A DNA stretch of 64,000 nucleotides from contig OZ244905.1 in the NCBI GenBank assembly GCA_965221695.1, positions 2,720,001 to 2,784,000 of the forward strand, written 5' to 3'. The notes beneath the pieces are model-generated. The model ran no database searches and was not told the origin of the DNA. It worked only from the letters and a program-made list of their open reading frames with translations. This DNA comes from Gammaproteobacteria bacterium. GTDB lineage: Bacteria > Pseudomonadota > Gammaproteobacteria > Eutrophobiales > Eutrophobiaceae. How positions within the stretch are numbered: position 1 is the stretch's first letter; each line of letters starts with the position of its first letter. Positions 42,301 to 52,091 of the stretch are shown here, one piece after another. The translations under genes and the position numbers were made by a program.

Positions 42301-43161
42301 ATGCAATGGCAAATAGGCAAGGTAAAAATAACCCGTGTGGTTGAGTTGGTCGTCAGCGGAGACAACGAATTTGTGTTGCCGGACGCGCAAAACGAAAAGT
42401 GCCTGGCATACGACTGGATGCAGCCGCACTTCATGGATGAAAAAGGGTTTCTTCTTTTCAGCGTGCATGGTCTGATTGTCGATACCGGCGCCCACAAGGT
42501 CATGGTCGACACCTGTATCGGCAATGACAAGCAGTTGGCGGTTCCCACCTGGAATAATATGCAGACGAACTTTCTGGAAGACATGAAGGCCGCCGGGTAT
42601 GCGCGGGAGGATATCGATACGGTGCTGTGCACGCATCTTCACGTCGACCATGTGGGTTGGAATACCATGCTGGTGGACGGTAAATGGACGCCAACCTTCA
42701 ACAACGCCCGCTACCTGGTGGCGAAATCAGAGTGGGAGCACTGGGATGCCCATGAGGAGGAGATTGAGATAGGCCCGGTCATGCAGCAGTCCGTCCGGCC
42801 TGTAGTAGAGGCGGGGTTGATGGAACTGGTTGATCAGGATTACAGGGTCTGTCCCGAAATTAGACTGATACCGACACCCGGCCATACTCCGGGTCATGTG
42901 AGCGTGCTGATCTCGTCCGAAGACAACCAGGCGCTGATTACCGGCGATTTTATCCACCACCCGGTACAGATGACACGGCCTGATTGGTGCAGTTCGGCAG
43001 ATTCCGACTCCGCGCAAGGCCTGCTCACCAGGAAGGAGATCCTGGAACGGTATGCCGCCACCGAGGTCCTGATTATCGGCAGCCATTTCCCCACACCGAC
43101 CGCCGGTTATATCAAGCCCATGAGTAACGGTGATAATTACTGGCTGGACGTGAATGATTGA
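42301..43161 (+). CDS. MBL-fold metallo-hydrolase (lactonase-like)
   Basis: THLHVDHVG, TPGHTPGH, TGD and SHF motifs. Confidence 0.9.
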   Translation: MQWQIGKVKITRVVELVVSGDNEFVLPDAQNEKCLAYDWMQPHFMDEKGFLLFSVHGLIVDTGAHKVMVDTCIGNDKQLAVPTWNNMQTNFLEDMKAAGYAREDIDTVLCTHLHVDHVGWNTMLVDGKWTPTFNNARYLVAKSEWEHWDAHEEEIEIGPVMQQSVRPVVEAGLMELVDQDYRVCPEIRLIPTPGHTPGHVSVLISSEDNQALITGDFIHHPVQMTRPDWCSSADSDSAQGLLTRKEILERYAATEVLIIGSHFPTPTAGYIKPMSNGDNYWLDVND

Positions 43162-43173
43162 CCGGAGTTTCTT

Positions 43174-44352
43174 ATGACCCGTATCAAGTCGGTGGCCCTG
43201 ACGGAATTTGAGTTTGGCGTGGACAACATAGGGCTGGAGACCGCGGCTGCCGGTGTCGGCAACATGGCCTATGTCAAGGGCAACCGGTTCAAGGCCAGGC
43301 GCTGGGCCGTAAGCATCAGCGCCGACGAAGGCGCAACAGGTGAATATGTGACCAACTGGGTGGGAACGCCGTCATCGTTCGGCCAGGCATCCATGCTGGC
43401 GCCGTTGCTCGTCGGGCGTGACCCCGAACACAGGGAACAGATCTACAACGACCTGAAATGGGAAATACGGGCCTATGACCACATGGGGCACGGCCCATTG
43501 GATATTGCCTTGTGGGACCTGGCAGGCAAGCTCCACGGCGTATCCATCAAGAGCATGCTTGGCGGCTACCGTGACAGGTTGCCGGTCTACGCGAGCACCT
43601 ACGGGGGCCAGGAAAGCCCGGGCGGGTTGCACACGCCGGCGGATTTTGCCGACTATGCCGAACACTGCCTCGCTGCCGGTTTCCACGGCTTCAAGATCCA
43701 CGGCTGGCGCAACAGCATACTGGCGCGTGAGATGGAAAACCTGCGCGGCGTGCGGGACAGGGTGGGAGATGATTACCCGGTGATGATTGATCCGGCCTGC
43801 ATGCTGGAAACCTGGATGGATGCCCTGGAACTGGGCAGGGTAGCCGACGAGGTCGGTTGCCTCTGGTATGAAGACCCCTACAAGGACGCGTCGGTCTCCG
43901 CGTTCGCGCACAGCCGCCTGCGGGAAAAACTGAAAACGCCGTTACTGGTCAGCGAGCATGTGCGCGGCCTGGAACAGAAAGCGTCCTTTCTGGTCAACGG
44001 CGGGTGCGACATGATCCATGCAGACCCGGAATACGATATGGGCATCACGGGCGTAATGAAAATAGCCCATTTCTGCGAAGCCATGGGACTGGATGTGCAG
44101 ATTCATGCTGTCGGCCCCGCCCATCGCCTGTGCATGTCGGCGATGCGCAACACCCTGATGTATGAAATGGCGCTGGTCGGCCCGGACATGCCCAACATCG
44201 TAGCGCCGGTATATACCTGTGGCTACTCGGATCGGGCGGAGGACCTGCCCGCCGACGGATTTCTGCCCGTTCCCGACGGCCCCGGCCTGGGCGTCAGCTA
44301 TGACTGGGACTATATAAATGCCCACCAGACCAGGCGCCTGGTGTTTGAGTAA
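43174..44352 (+). CDS. Enolase-superfamily (MR/MLE) enzyme
   Basis: LDIALWDL, FKIHGW, IDP, YEDP, SEH, PGLGV. Confidence 0.85.
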   Translation: MTRIKSVALTEFEFGVDNIGLETAAAGVGNMAYVKGNRFKARRWAVSISADEGATGEYVTNWVGTPSSFGQASMLAPLLVGRDPEHREQIYNDLKWEIRAYDHMGHGPLDIALWDLAGKLHGVSIKSMLGGYRDRLPVYASTYGGQESPGGLHTPADFADYAEHCLAAGFHGFKIHGWRNSILAREMENLRGVRDRVGDDYPVMIDPACMLETWMDALELGRVADEVGCLWYEDPYKDASVSAFAHSRLREKLKTPLLVSEHVRGLEQKASFLVNGGCDMIHADPEYDMGITGVMKIAHFCEAMGLDVQIHAVGPAHRLCMSAMRNTLMYEMALVGPDMPNIVAPVYTCGYSDRAEDLPADGFLPVPDGPGLGVSYDWDYINAHQTRRLVFE

Positions 44353-44450
44353 CGGAGGTCAGCAGGCAAAGACCCAGGGCAGGCCGGCAGCAATCCGGAA
44401 ACAGCGAACCGCCGGTTGAACCTCAGAAGCCCCCTGGTCCGGTCTCGCTT

Positions 44451-46790
44451 TTACCAGTTATAACCGACTTCAACGCCATAGGTGCGCGGCGGTCCTTGCA
44501 TCTGATGGGCAAATCCCAGGGCCGAAATAATATCCTGGCCGGAGGACATGTACTTTGCGTTAGTGAGATTCATGACCCACACCGCTGCGTCCCAGTTGCC
44601 GTTATCCTGTTGGAAACTAAGACGCCCGTTCAGTAGGAAGTAGCCGTCTTCTTCCAGGATCAGGCGGTTGTTGGGTTCCAGGAAATGCTCGTCGACATAC
44701 TTGAAGTCAGCCTGGAGGTAAGGACGAACTCCTCCCATCATGGGCAACTCGTAACGCGCTCTCCCATTGAAGGACCAGTCGGGCGCGTTGGTAATTTCAT
44801 TACCCTTGATGGTTGAGGCTGGTCCGCCTGCCAACGAAGACAGGACCACATCGGTCTTGACGATCTCGTTATCCAGCCAGCTTAAGCCGACATCAATATA
44901 GAGCCGGTCAGTCATCAGCCATTGCAGAGAACCCTCGGCCCCGAAGATTTCCACATCGCCGGCGTTCTGTAGGCGGGCGCTCACCTCGGTACCGCGCACG
45001 AAGGTAGCCTGGTACCCTTCAAAGTCATAGAAGAATCCGCTGCCGTTGAACTGCATGCGTCCGTCCAGCAAGGTCCACTTGAAGCCGCCCTCGTAGGCTC
45101 GCAGGGATTCGACGCCGAACGGCTGCAACGACGGCTGGGAAAAAATTACCGCGCCGGAATACCCACCACTGCGGAAACCTTCGCTGACTGATATATACCA
45201 CATCATATCGTCGGTCGGGCTGTATTTGAGTGCGACACGGAAGTCCACGTTTTCCTCTTCCTGTTTGTTGTCGAAATCCAAGGGGCCGCCAGGCATAAAC
45301 CCGTCGCAAGTGCCGCCTGCTGTAATAGGCAAGGCTGACAATGGACAAGGTGTGAAACCGGGAGTTGTCAGGGAAGTAAAAGCGTCATCAAGGTCGGTAT
45401 ACGTGCCGATAAATGAGCCGCCTGTCCATTCGCGCTCTTCATAGGTAAAACGCAAACCTGCCTCGGCCTCGATCTGGTCGGTAAGTGGGACGGTGATATC
45501 GCCGAAGACGGCCCAGGATTCCGTATCCTGGTCGGCTCCGTTGCTGGTCGGAATCGCGACGGCGCTAAGGTCAATCGTCTGGAACCAAGCGATGTCGCTC
45601 TGAAAATAAAAACCGCCTATGATCCACGCAAATCCCCAGGAATCATCCGACGTGATACGCACTTCCTGGCTGAAGCTGTCTACCTCGCTATCGATGGTGT
45701 CGTTATTACCGATCTTGAACCGTGAGGCGTCGAGGTCCTGCGATTGCTCCTTTTCGAATTGCTCGTAACCGCTGATCGCGGTGACGCTGAAACGCGGCAA
45801 ACGCCAGTTGATATGCGCCACCACGTTATGATTTTCCATTTCGACCATGGGCTCGGCGTCGGCCTCGGTATCGAAGCGGTTGTCGTCCGGGTCAAAATGT
45901 CCCAGCAATCCCACGCACTGCCCCTCAGCGCGTTTTCCCGCCAGCACGGGGGCGCAGACTCCACCCCCGGCAGGGTCAAGCGCATGGGAAGGTTCGAGCA
46001 GCGGCTCCTCTGACTCGTGGTAACCGTAGTTGAAGATCACACGGGCATCGAAATCCTCTGTCGGCAGCCAATGGAGCTGGCCGCGCACAGCAAAGCGGTC
46101 GTCGTCACCCATTGTATTTTCTGTCAGGCGGTTGTAAGAGTAACCTGAACCTGAATCGCTGAGCTGTCCGGCAACCGATACCCGACCCAGCAGGGTTTCA
46201 GAGAGCGGGCCGCTTACCGCGCCCTCGACTGTGGCGGTGTTGTAGCGCTGGTAACCGGCGCGCAAATAGCCTTCCGCTTCAGCCGTGGGCAGGGCCGAGA
46301 TAATGTTGACCGCGCCGCCAGTGCTGTTGCGGCCGTAGAGTGTTCCCTGCGGACCCTTGAGCACTTCAACCCGCTCTACATCCATCAGGGCGAAGTTCAG
46401 GGTATCCGGTGTCGGCTTGTAGACCTCGTCCACATAGACGCCGACCGATGAATCAACCGTGCCGGTGAAATCGTTAATCCCCACGCCACGCAGGTAAAAA
46501 CTCACGGTTCGCAGTCCGTTCGGACCCAGCTTGGTGAGCAGTCCCGGTGTCTGCATGGCCAGGTCCCTCGGTTCCTTGATGCGAAGCGAGTAAAGGTCTT
46601 CGCCTGAAAACACCGTGACCGGATTGGCGACATTCTGGAGCGTCTCCTCACGCTTCTGGGCAGTTACCACGATTTCTTCCAACACCTGGCCCGGCGCAGT
46701 GACACAGAATATAAACAAACCGAAGGCAACGCACAGGTTACGGCAGAAATGGGAAATTCGTAACCGTTGGAAAGTTGTTTGCGATGGCAT
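44451..46790 (-). CDS. TonB-dependent receptor
   Basis: LEEIVVTAQKREE, RVEVLKGPQGTLYGRN, C-terminal PRTYGVEVGYNW. Confidence 0.93.
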   Translation of the reverse strand: MPSQTTFQRLRISHFCRNLCVAFGLFIFCVTAPGQVLEEIVVTAQKREETLQNVANPVTVFSGEDLYSLRIKEPRDLAMQTPGLLTKLGPNGLRTVSFYLRGVGINDFTGTVDSSVGVYVDEVYKPTPDTLNFALMDVERVEVLKGPQGTLYGRNSTGGAVNIISALPTAEAEGYLRAGYQRYNTATVEGAVSGPLSETLLGRVSVAGQLSDSGSGYSYNRLTENTMGDDDRFAVRGQLHWLPTEDFDARVIFNYGYHESEEPLLEPSHALDPAGGGVCAPVLAGKRAEGQCVGLLGHFDPDDNRFDTEADAEPMVEMENHNVVAHINWRLPRFSVTAISGYEQFEKEQSQDLDASRFKIGNNDTIDSEVDSFSQEVRITSDDSWGFAWIIGGFYFQSDIAWFQTIDLSAVAIPTSNGADQDTESWAVFGDITVPLTDQIEAEAGLRFTYEEREWTGGSFIGTYTDLDDAFTSLTTPGFTPCPLSALPITAGGTCDGFMPGGPLDFDNKQEEENVDFRVALKYSPTDDMMWYISVSEGFRSGGYSGAVIFSQPSLQPFGVESLRAYEGGFKWTLLDGRMQFNGSGFFYDFEGYQATFVRGTEVSARLQNAGDVEIFGAEGSLQWLMTDRLYIDVGLSWLDNEIVKTDVVLSSLAGGPASTIKGNEITNAPDWSFNGRARYELPMMGGVRPYLQADFKYVDEHFLEPNNRLILEEDGYFLLNGRLSFQQDNGNWDAAVWVMNLTNAKYMSSGQDIISALGFAHQMQGPPRTYGVEVGYNW

Positions 46791-46892
46791 CTGACAAGCC
46801 CCCCTGACAGGTGTTGTATTTATAAAACAACCGGGAACAATTTCTTGGAACAGACTATCCTCATATTAGCTGAAACTGAATTGGAATTCAAT

Positions 46893-47951
46893 TTACGAAC
46901 CCGCAACCTCGCGCAACCAGTTAAATTTGTCCGGCGCCCGACCTTCCTGAATATCAAGCAGTTCCTCTCGCAATCTTTTGGCGACAGGACCGCAAGCCTC
47001 AGGCAATTCAAAGGTAGCGCCGTCTTTTTCAGCTATCACACTGATAGGCGCAACGATTGCCGCGGTGCCACAGGCAAAGGCCTCGGTGCACCGTTCAGCG
47101 CGGATTTGCCGCAGCAACGTATCAATAGCCAGCCTTTCCTCCCGAACCGGAAGGCCATGATCTTTTGCCAGGGCAATCACCGAATCCCGGGTAACACCGG
47201 GGAGAATCGTGCCGCACAGTTCGGGGGTATGCAGTTCCCCGTCGATCACCGCGAAAAAATTCATTGCCGACAGTTCTTCAATGTATCTTTGCTCACGCGC
47301 GTCAAGCCAAAGTGTTTGGTGAAAACCGCTATCCATTGCTGTCGATGTTGCATAAAGGGATGCGCCATAATTACCACTGGCCTTGATATTTCCGACGCCG
47401 CCTGTTGACGCGCGAGTCCCTTCTCGCTCCACCACGACACGCAGACTGCCCGTGACCAGGGCATCCGAGGGACTTCCGATGACAAAAAATGAAAAGCGGT
47501 CGGATGTGAAAAAACCCAGTGAAGGATGAGTCGCGAACATCAACGGACGCAGGTAGAGCGATTGGCCTGATAATCCCGGAACGAGCGGGCCGGCATAGGC
47601 GGAAACCGCGGACACGCCTTCAATAAAAAATGATTCTGGCAGTTCAGGCATGAGCATACGCGTCGCCGAGCGGTTAAGCCGGGCGGCATTCATTTCCGGC
47701 CTGAATAATTTTATCTGCTTATGTTCTCCCCGATAGGCTTTCAGTCCCTCAAAGACGACCTGTGCGAAATGGAATATCCTGGCAGCGGGATCGATGGTTA
47801 TCTCAGCATAAGGAAGCAATTCGCCTTCGCCCCATTCGCCGTCTGTATAATCAACGCGGTACATGATCGGCGCGAGAGTCTGCCCGAAGCATAATTCCTC
47901 CGGCAACTCGAAGCGTTCAACGGCGGACATCACATTCGGATGGACTTTCAT
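46893..47951 (-). CDS. ilvE: Branched-chain amino acid aminotransferase (class IV PLP)
   Basis: FEGLKAY, LFRP, LYLRP, KASGNY, ILPGVTR, EAFACGTAA. Confidence 0.85.
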   Translation of the reverse strand: MKVHPNVMSAVERFELPEELCFGQTLAPIMYRVDYTDGEWGEGELLPYAEITIDPAARIFHFAQVVFEGLKAYRGEHKQIKLFRPEMNAARLNRSATRMLMPELPESFFIEGVSAVSAYAGPLVPGLSGQSLYLRPLMFATHPSLGFFTSDRFSFFVIGSPSDALVTGSLRVVVEREGTRASTGGVGNIKASGNYGASLYATSTAMDSGFHQTLWLDAREQRYIEELSAMNFFAVIDGELHTPELCGTILPGVTRDSVIALAKDHGLPVREERLAIDTLLRQIRAERCTEAFACGTAAIVAPISVIAEKDGATFELPEACGPVAKRLREELLDIQEGRAPDKFNWLREVAGS

Positions 47952-47997
47952 GGGGATTTTTGACGGGGCCAGTAATGGTAAGATACAGTTGCCTGTT

Positions 47998-49227
47998 TCA
48001 TTCGGGCAGACCGTTTTCAATAATATCAGAAACCAGTTCGCCCAGCACCTCAATCCCCAGGGCTATATCTTCCTGATGGGTGTCCTCGGCAACAACATGG
48101 CTGTGGCCGCCGACGCTGGGCACAAAAATCATGGCGGTAGGCGTTTTTTTTGCAAACAACATACAATCATGGCCGCCGCCGCTGGGCATGCGCATGCATG
48201 GGGCGTCGCAACGCATTGCAGCCGCTTCCAGGCGTTCAACGAGGTTTGAATCCATGGTTTCCGAAGCAATTTGGACGCCAGGGACCCATTTATGACCGAC
48301 TCTGTGTTTTGCTCCCACTTCAGCCGCTAGCCTGGGGATAGCCTGGTTGATACGGCTGAGTATTTCCGCTGAGCCGTCCCGATATTCGATTAACGCCTCC
48401 GCCTCCCGGGCGGTTACATTATACGCTCCCGGTTCCAGGCGCAAATTGCCGATATTCCAAACCGTAGAAGCGCTGCCGTGTTGGCGGCAAAAATCCGCAA
48501 ACAGCGTGGCAAATTCATAGGCCGCGGCCGCGGCATCCTTGCGCATCGTCATCGGTACGGTGCCTGCATGCCCCGCCTCGCCGAAGAAAAATACTTGAGA
48601 CCGGCCAACGCCGACAATTTCGGTGACAATGCCGATGATCTTGCCATGACTTTCCAGCATCGGGCCTTGTTCGATGTGCGCTTCGATGCAAGCGACATCC
48701 CGGAGCGAATCAAATCCGGCGATCGCGCGACCTGCATAGCCGGCCTCGCGTAACGCGTCTTTCAGCGCAGTACCGTCATCGGCAACGGCTTCTAGCGCTT
48801 GCTCCGGCGATTTCAGTCCGGTGTAAACGGAACTGCCGAGCAATCCGCTGAAACGGCCCTCTTCGTCGCTGAAAGATGTGGCTTTTACGCCGATATCGGC
48901 GCTGCCGCCTGCTTCCTGCAATGCTCTGGCTATCTCCAGCCCAAAGATGACACCCAAGGCGCCATCCAGCCATCCACCCTTGGGAACGGTATCTGAATGA
49001 GAGCCGATAATAATATAGCGTTTGCAGCCCGGCGTTTTTCCTATTACGTTGCCGATACCGTCAATCTCGGCATCCAACCCGGCTGTCTGCATACGCGCCA
49101 GTAACCAGGCGCGCGCGGCAATATCTTCCGGAGTGAACCCGCGCCGGTTTACGCCTGATTCAAATTTGCCGAATTCAGCCAACCGCTGTAAATCTTCAAT
49201 CACCCTGTTTGTATCAACCGCCAACAT
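47998..49227 (-). CDS. M20 Zn amidohydrolase (allantoate amidohydrolase / N-carbamoylase family)
   Basis: GSHSDTV, GGWLDG, DEEG, EAHIEQGP, GHAGT, SGGGHD, GHSH. Confidence 0.88.
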   Translation of the reverse strand: MLAVDTNRVIEDLQRLAEFGKFESGVNRRGFTPEDIAARAWLLARMQTAGLDAEIDGIGNVIGKTPGCKRYIIIGSHSDTVPKGGWLDGALGVIFGLEIARALQEAGGSADIGVKATSFSDEEGRFSGLLGSSVYTGLKSPEQALEAVADDGTALKDALREAGYAGRAIAGFDSLRDVACIEAHIEQGPMLESHGKIIGIVTEIVGVGRSQVFFFGEAGHAGTVPMTMRKDAAAAAYEFATLFADFCRQHGSASTVWNIGNLRLEPGAYNVTAREAEALIEYRDGSAEILSRINQAIPRLAAEVGAKHRVGHKWVPGVQIASETMDSNLVERLEAAAMRCDAPCMRMPSGGGHDCMLFAKKTPTAMIFVPSVGGHSHVVAEDTHQEDIALGIEVLGELVSDIIENGLPE

Positions 49228-49230
49228 TTA

Positions 49231-50592
49231 TCAGGCGCTTCCTTGTTCGATGTCGGATCGATTTGACAAAGCATTGAACAGACGATCAAAAACGATATAG
49301 CCGACTATTCCAAGTGGTAATCCCACCAGCCAGGAAATCTGCAGCCACCAGACCATGGTGACGGTGGAAGCTCCCAGTGTGCTGATGATAGCGGCCGGGT
49401 TCAACCCGACAATGTGCCAATACCTGCTCTCCGGGGTCTCGTCGTACAGATCTTTCACCGATAACGGATCTTTTTCCAACCAGCGCTGGGCGAGCATGCA
49501 ACCCAGCAGCGGTCCGAAAAAGGCAGTGTAGTAATTAATGAAAGAAACAAAATGCGCGCCGCTTTCAAGCAGAACCCAGGGAAAGGAGAGACTCGCAAGA
49601 ATACCCGTTAGAATAACTCCCTTTTGCCAACTGAATCCGAACAACTCTTCGAAAATGAATGCCGGGGGTAAGATATTTATGGTTAAATTTGTGCTGAATT
49701 GTGCGACCAGGATGAAAACCAACATCAGTATCATGACAACCGGGCCTGGCGACAATTGCATCAATGCTTGGATGGGGTCCCATTGACCGGTTGTCACCGC
49801 GGACACGAAGCCAAGAAACATCATCAATCCCAACGGGGGGATGATTCCGAATAAATGCCCCAGCCACATGCTGCGTTGTTTGTTTTCGAGATAACGGGTC
49901 AAGTCGCTGGCGCTGACCATGACCGCGACAAGAATGCCCACGGTGGCGTTCACCCCGGTCCAGAATGACCAGCCCCAGTCGCCGCTGATGCGCCAGGTCT
50001 CGCTGATTTCAAACTGCTCGCTTTTCAATGTAGAAAACAGCATCTGCACAATGATTATCACCAGCGCGATGGATGCCCCTACAGTAAACCATTTCATCAT
50101 GCGAATACCGCGTGCAGCAAACCAGGTTTGAACGATAAGAAAAGCAATAAAATAAATGAGTTGGATGCCGTCGGCGGTGAATCCGACCAGGGTTCGGATA
50201 ATGCCGTCCATGGCCAGCGCCGCAATCCAGGTGCCGAAGCCATACCAGACAATGGCCGGCAGCAGGCGAATCAGCTCGGGGAGCCGCGCCCCGCGAATAC
50301 CGAAAGACGCTCGCGCCTGGATACAAAACGGAATCCCGTACTGTAATCCGGCCTGACCGTTGAGACTCATGAACACGGTCATGATCAGCGCAGATACCAG
50401 TATGACGGCGGCGCCTTGGACCAGGGAAAGATTTCCTTGGGGCGGCAGCAACGCCTGACCCAGCACGAAGCCCTGGATAACAATGAGCGACGCCCAAAGC
50501 ATCAATGTGTAGGACAGCAGGTTGAATACCCTGTCACCGAGACCGATCGGTTTCAGGCTTTCGATTCTTGAATTGCCAGCGTTATTATTCAT
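49231..50592 (-). CDS. NCS1 nucleobase:cation symporter (allantoin/hydantoin permease-like)
   Basis: GLQYGIPF, RASFGIRG, WYGFGTW, SDLTRY, STNLTIN, about 12 TM; adjacent to puuE. Confidence 0.87.
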   Translation of the reverse strand: MNNNAGNSRIESLKPIGLGDRVFNLLSYTLMLWASLIVIQGFVLGQALLPPQGNLSLVQGAAVILVSALIMTVFMSLNGQAGLQYGIPFCIQARASFGIRGARLPELIRLLPAIVWYGFGTWIAALAMDGIIRTLVGFTADGIQLIYFIAFLIVQTWFAARGIRMMKWFTVGASIALVIIIVQMLFSTLKSEQFEISETWRISGDWGWSFWTGVNATVGILVAVMVSASDLTRYLENKQRSMWLGHLFGIIPPLGLMMFLGFVSAVTTGQWDPIQALMQLSPGPVVMILMLVFILVAQFSTNLTINILPPAFIFEELFGFSWQKGVILTGILASLSFPWVLLESGAHFVSFINYYTAFFGPLLGCMLAQRWLEKDPLSVKDLYDETPESRYWHIVGLNPAAIISTLGASTVTMVWWLQISWLVGLPLGIVGYIVFDRLFNALSNRSDIEQGSA

Positions 50593-50655
50593 TGTTGACT
50601 GGTATGCCGGTCCGGCAGCCATGAGTTGTGACTGGCATGAATAATGGAGTCAGGG

Positions 50656-51582
50656 TTAATTTCTGTAAGGATGCGCCGCAATCCAGTGCTTGGCAATATC
50701 AAGCCGGCGGGTGATCCATACATCATCATGCTTCAAGACATAATCGAGAAAGCGTTCAAGGCCGGGAATGCGGGCGGGATGGCCAATGACCCGAAGGTGC
50801 AGGCCAACCGACATCATTCCGGGCTGTGTTTCACCTTCCCGGTACATGACATCGAAACAGTCCTGAAGATAATCGCTGAATTCCCGCGCGGTGGAAAAAG
50901 AACCCAGGGCAAACTTGGCGTCATTATTACTTAGAGTGTAAGGGACAACCAGATGCGGGCGTTCGTTAACCTCAACCCAGTAAGGCAAATCGTCATTATA
51001 CGCATCCGAGTCATAGAGGAAGTTACCCTCTTCGACAATCAGTTGCCTGGTATTGACGCTGGGACCGTAGCGGCAATACCAGCCGTAGGGTCTGTCGCCA
51101 ACCGTGTTTTGCAACGATCTTATGGCCCGGAGGATATGCTCACGCTCTGTATCAATGTCAAGATCGTAATGATTTTCCCAGCGCCAGCCATGACAACAGA
51201 CATCGTAGTTTGCCTGTTTTATCGCTTCAGCAGCAGGAGCATGGCGCTCCAACGCCAGGGCGCAACCAAACACGGTTAACGGAAGGTCGCGTTCCTGAAA
51301 CAAGCGCAATACACGCCAGAACCCAACCCGGGAACCGTACTCGTACATGGATTCCGCGGCCAGGTCGCGACCTTTCAACCCGGGATCGTAACCGCCGACT
51401 TCTGTCAAGGCGTTATCGGAACGAGCATCATTGTCCAGGATTGAATACTCAGATCCTTCTTCATAATTCAAGACAAAATTCAGCGCAAGGCGCGCGCCGC
51501 CAGGCCAGGCCGGATCGGGCCGGTTCGAGCCATAACCAATCAGGTCTCTTTTCGCTGAATAAGCCACTATACATTCATCCAT
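50656..51582 (-). CDS. puuE: Allantoinase PuuE (polysaccharide-deacetylase fold)
   Basis: RDLIGYG, WPGGAR, LNYEEG, YEYGSRVGFWR, HGWRW, GWYCR, DDLPYW. Confidence 0.85.
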   Translation of the reverse strand: MDECIVAYSAKRDLIGYGSNRPDPAWPGGARLALNFVLNYEEGSEYSILDNDARSDNALTEVGGYDPGLKGRDLAAESMYEYGSRVGFWRVLRLFQERDLPLTVFGCALALERHAPAAEAIKQANYDVCCHGWRWENHYDLDIDTEREHILRAIRSLQNTVGDRPYGWYCRYGPSVNTRQLIVEEGNFLYDSDAYNDDLPYWVEVNERPHLVVPYTLSNNDAKFALGSFSTAREFSDYLQDCFDVMYREGETQPGMMSVGLHLRVIGHPARIPGLERFLDYVLKHDDVWITRRLDIAKHWIAAHPYRN

Positions 51583-51587
51583 CTATG

Positions 51588-52091
51588 TTACGTTTCCGTG
51601 TCAACGGGCAGCGCAACGTCAAACGGCGCATTGATATCAAGAAACTCTTCATCCCCGCTGGTGCCGTCGCACCACATTAAAACTGCCAGCACCGCTGTTT
51701 CATCAAGCACTGTCATGCCGTGGTGCCAGACGCCGCAGCGGTAGGTAATTCCCTGGTCAGCATGAGCCAAAAAGGCCCTGACCCGGGCCAGGTCCGGCCC
51801 CCCGTCATCACTATCCGGCGCGACAATGACAAAATACCTGGATGCCTGCAATGGCAAAAACGTCTGGCTCGAAAATGGGTGGCGTTCCATCACGGTCGCG
51901 CGCAGGGGTAGCTTATCGACCGGTTTTATCGTTGCCAGGGATAGGTCGACACGCGCGCCTGTGCGGGCGTTTTCAAGCAGATCATTGAAGAAATGTCGGG
52001 CGCCTTCAGGCGGCCTCTGAATGACTTCTCCAAATTCGGAAAAATTGTCCTTATTCAAAGGCTCGGTAATGATTTTCGGTATCCGGGTCAC
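51588..52091 (-). CDS. allA: Ureidoglycolate lyase
   Basis: FSEFGEVI, MERHPFSSQTFLP, QGITY..GVWHH. Confidence 0.85.
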   Translation of the reverse strand: MTRIPKIITEPLNKDNFSEFGEVIQRPPEGARHFFNDLLENARTGARVDLSLATIKPVDKLPLRATVMERHPFSSQTFLPLQASRYFVIVAPDSDDGGPDLARVRAFLAHADQGITYRCGVWHHGMTVLDETAVLAVLMWCDGTSGDEEFLDINAPFDVALPVDTET

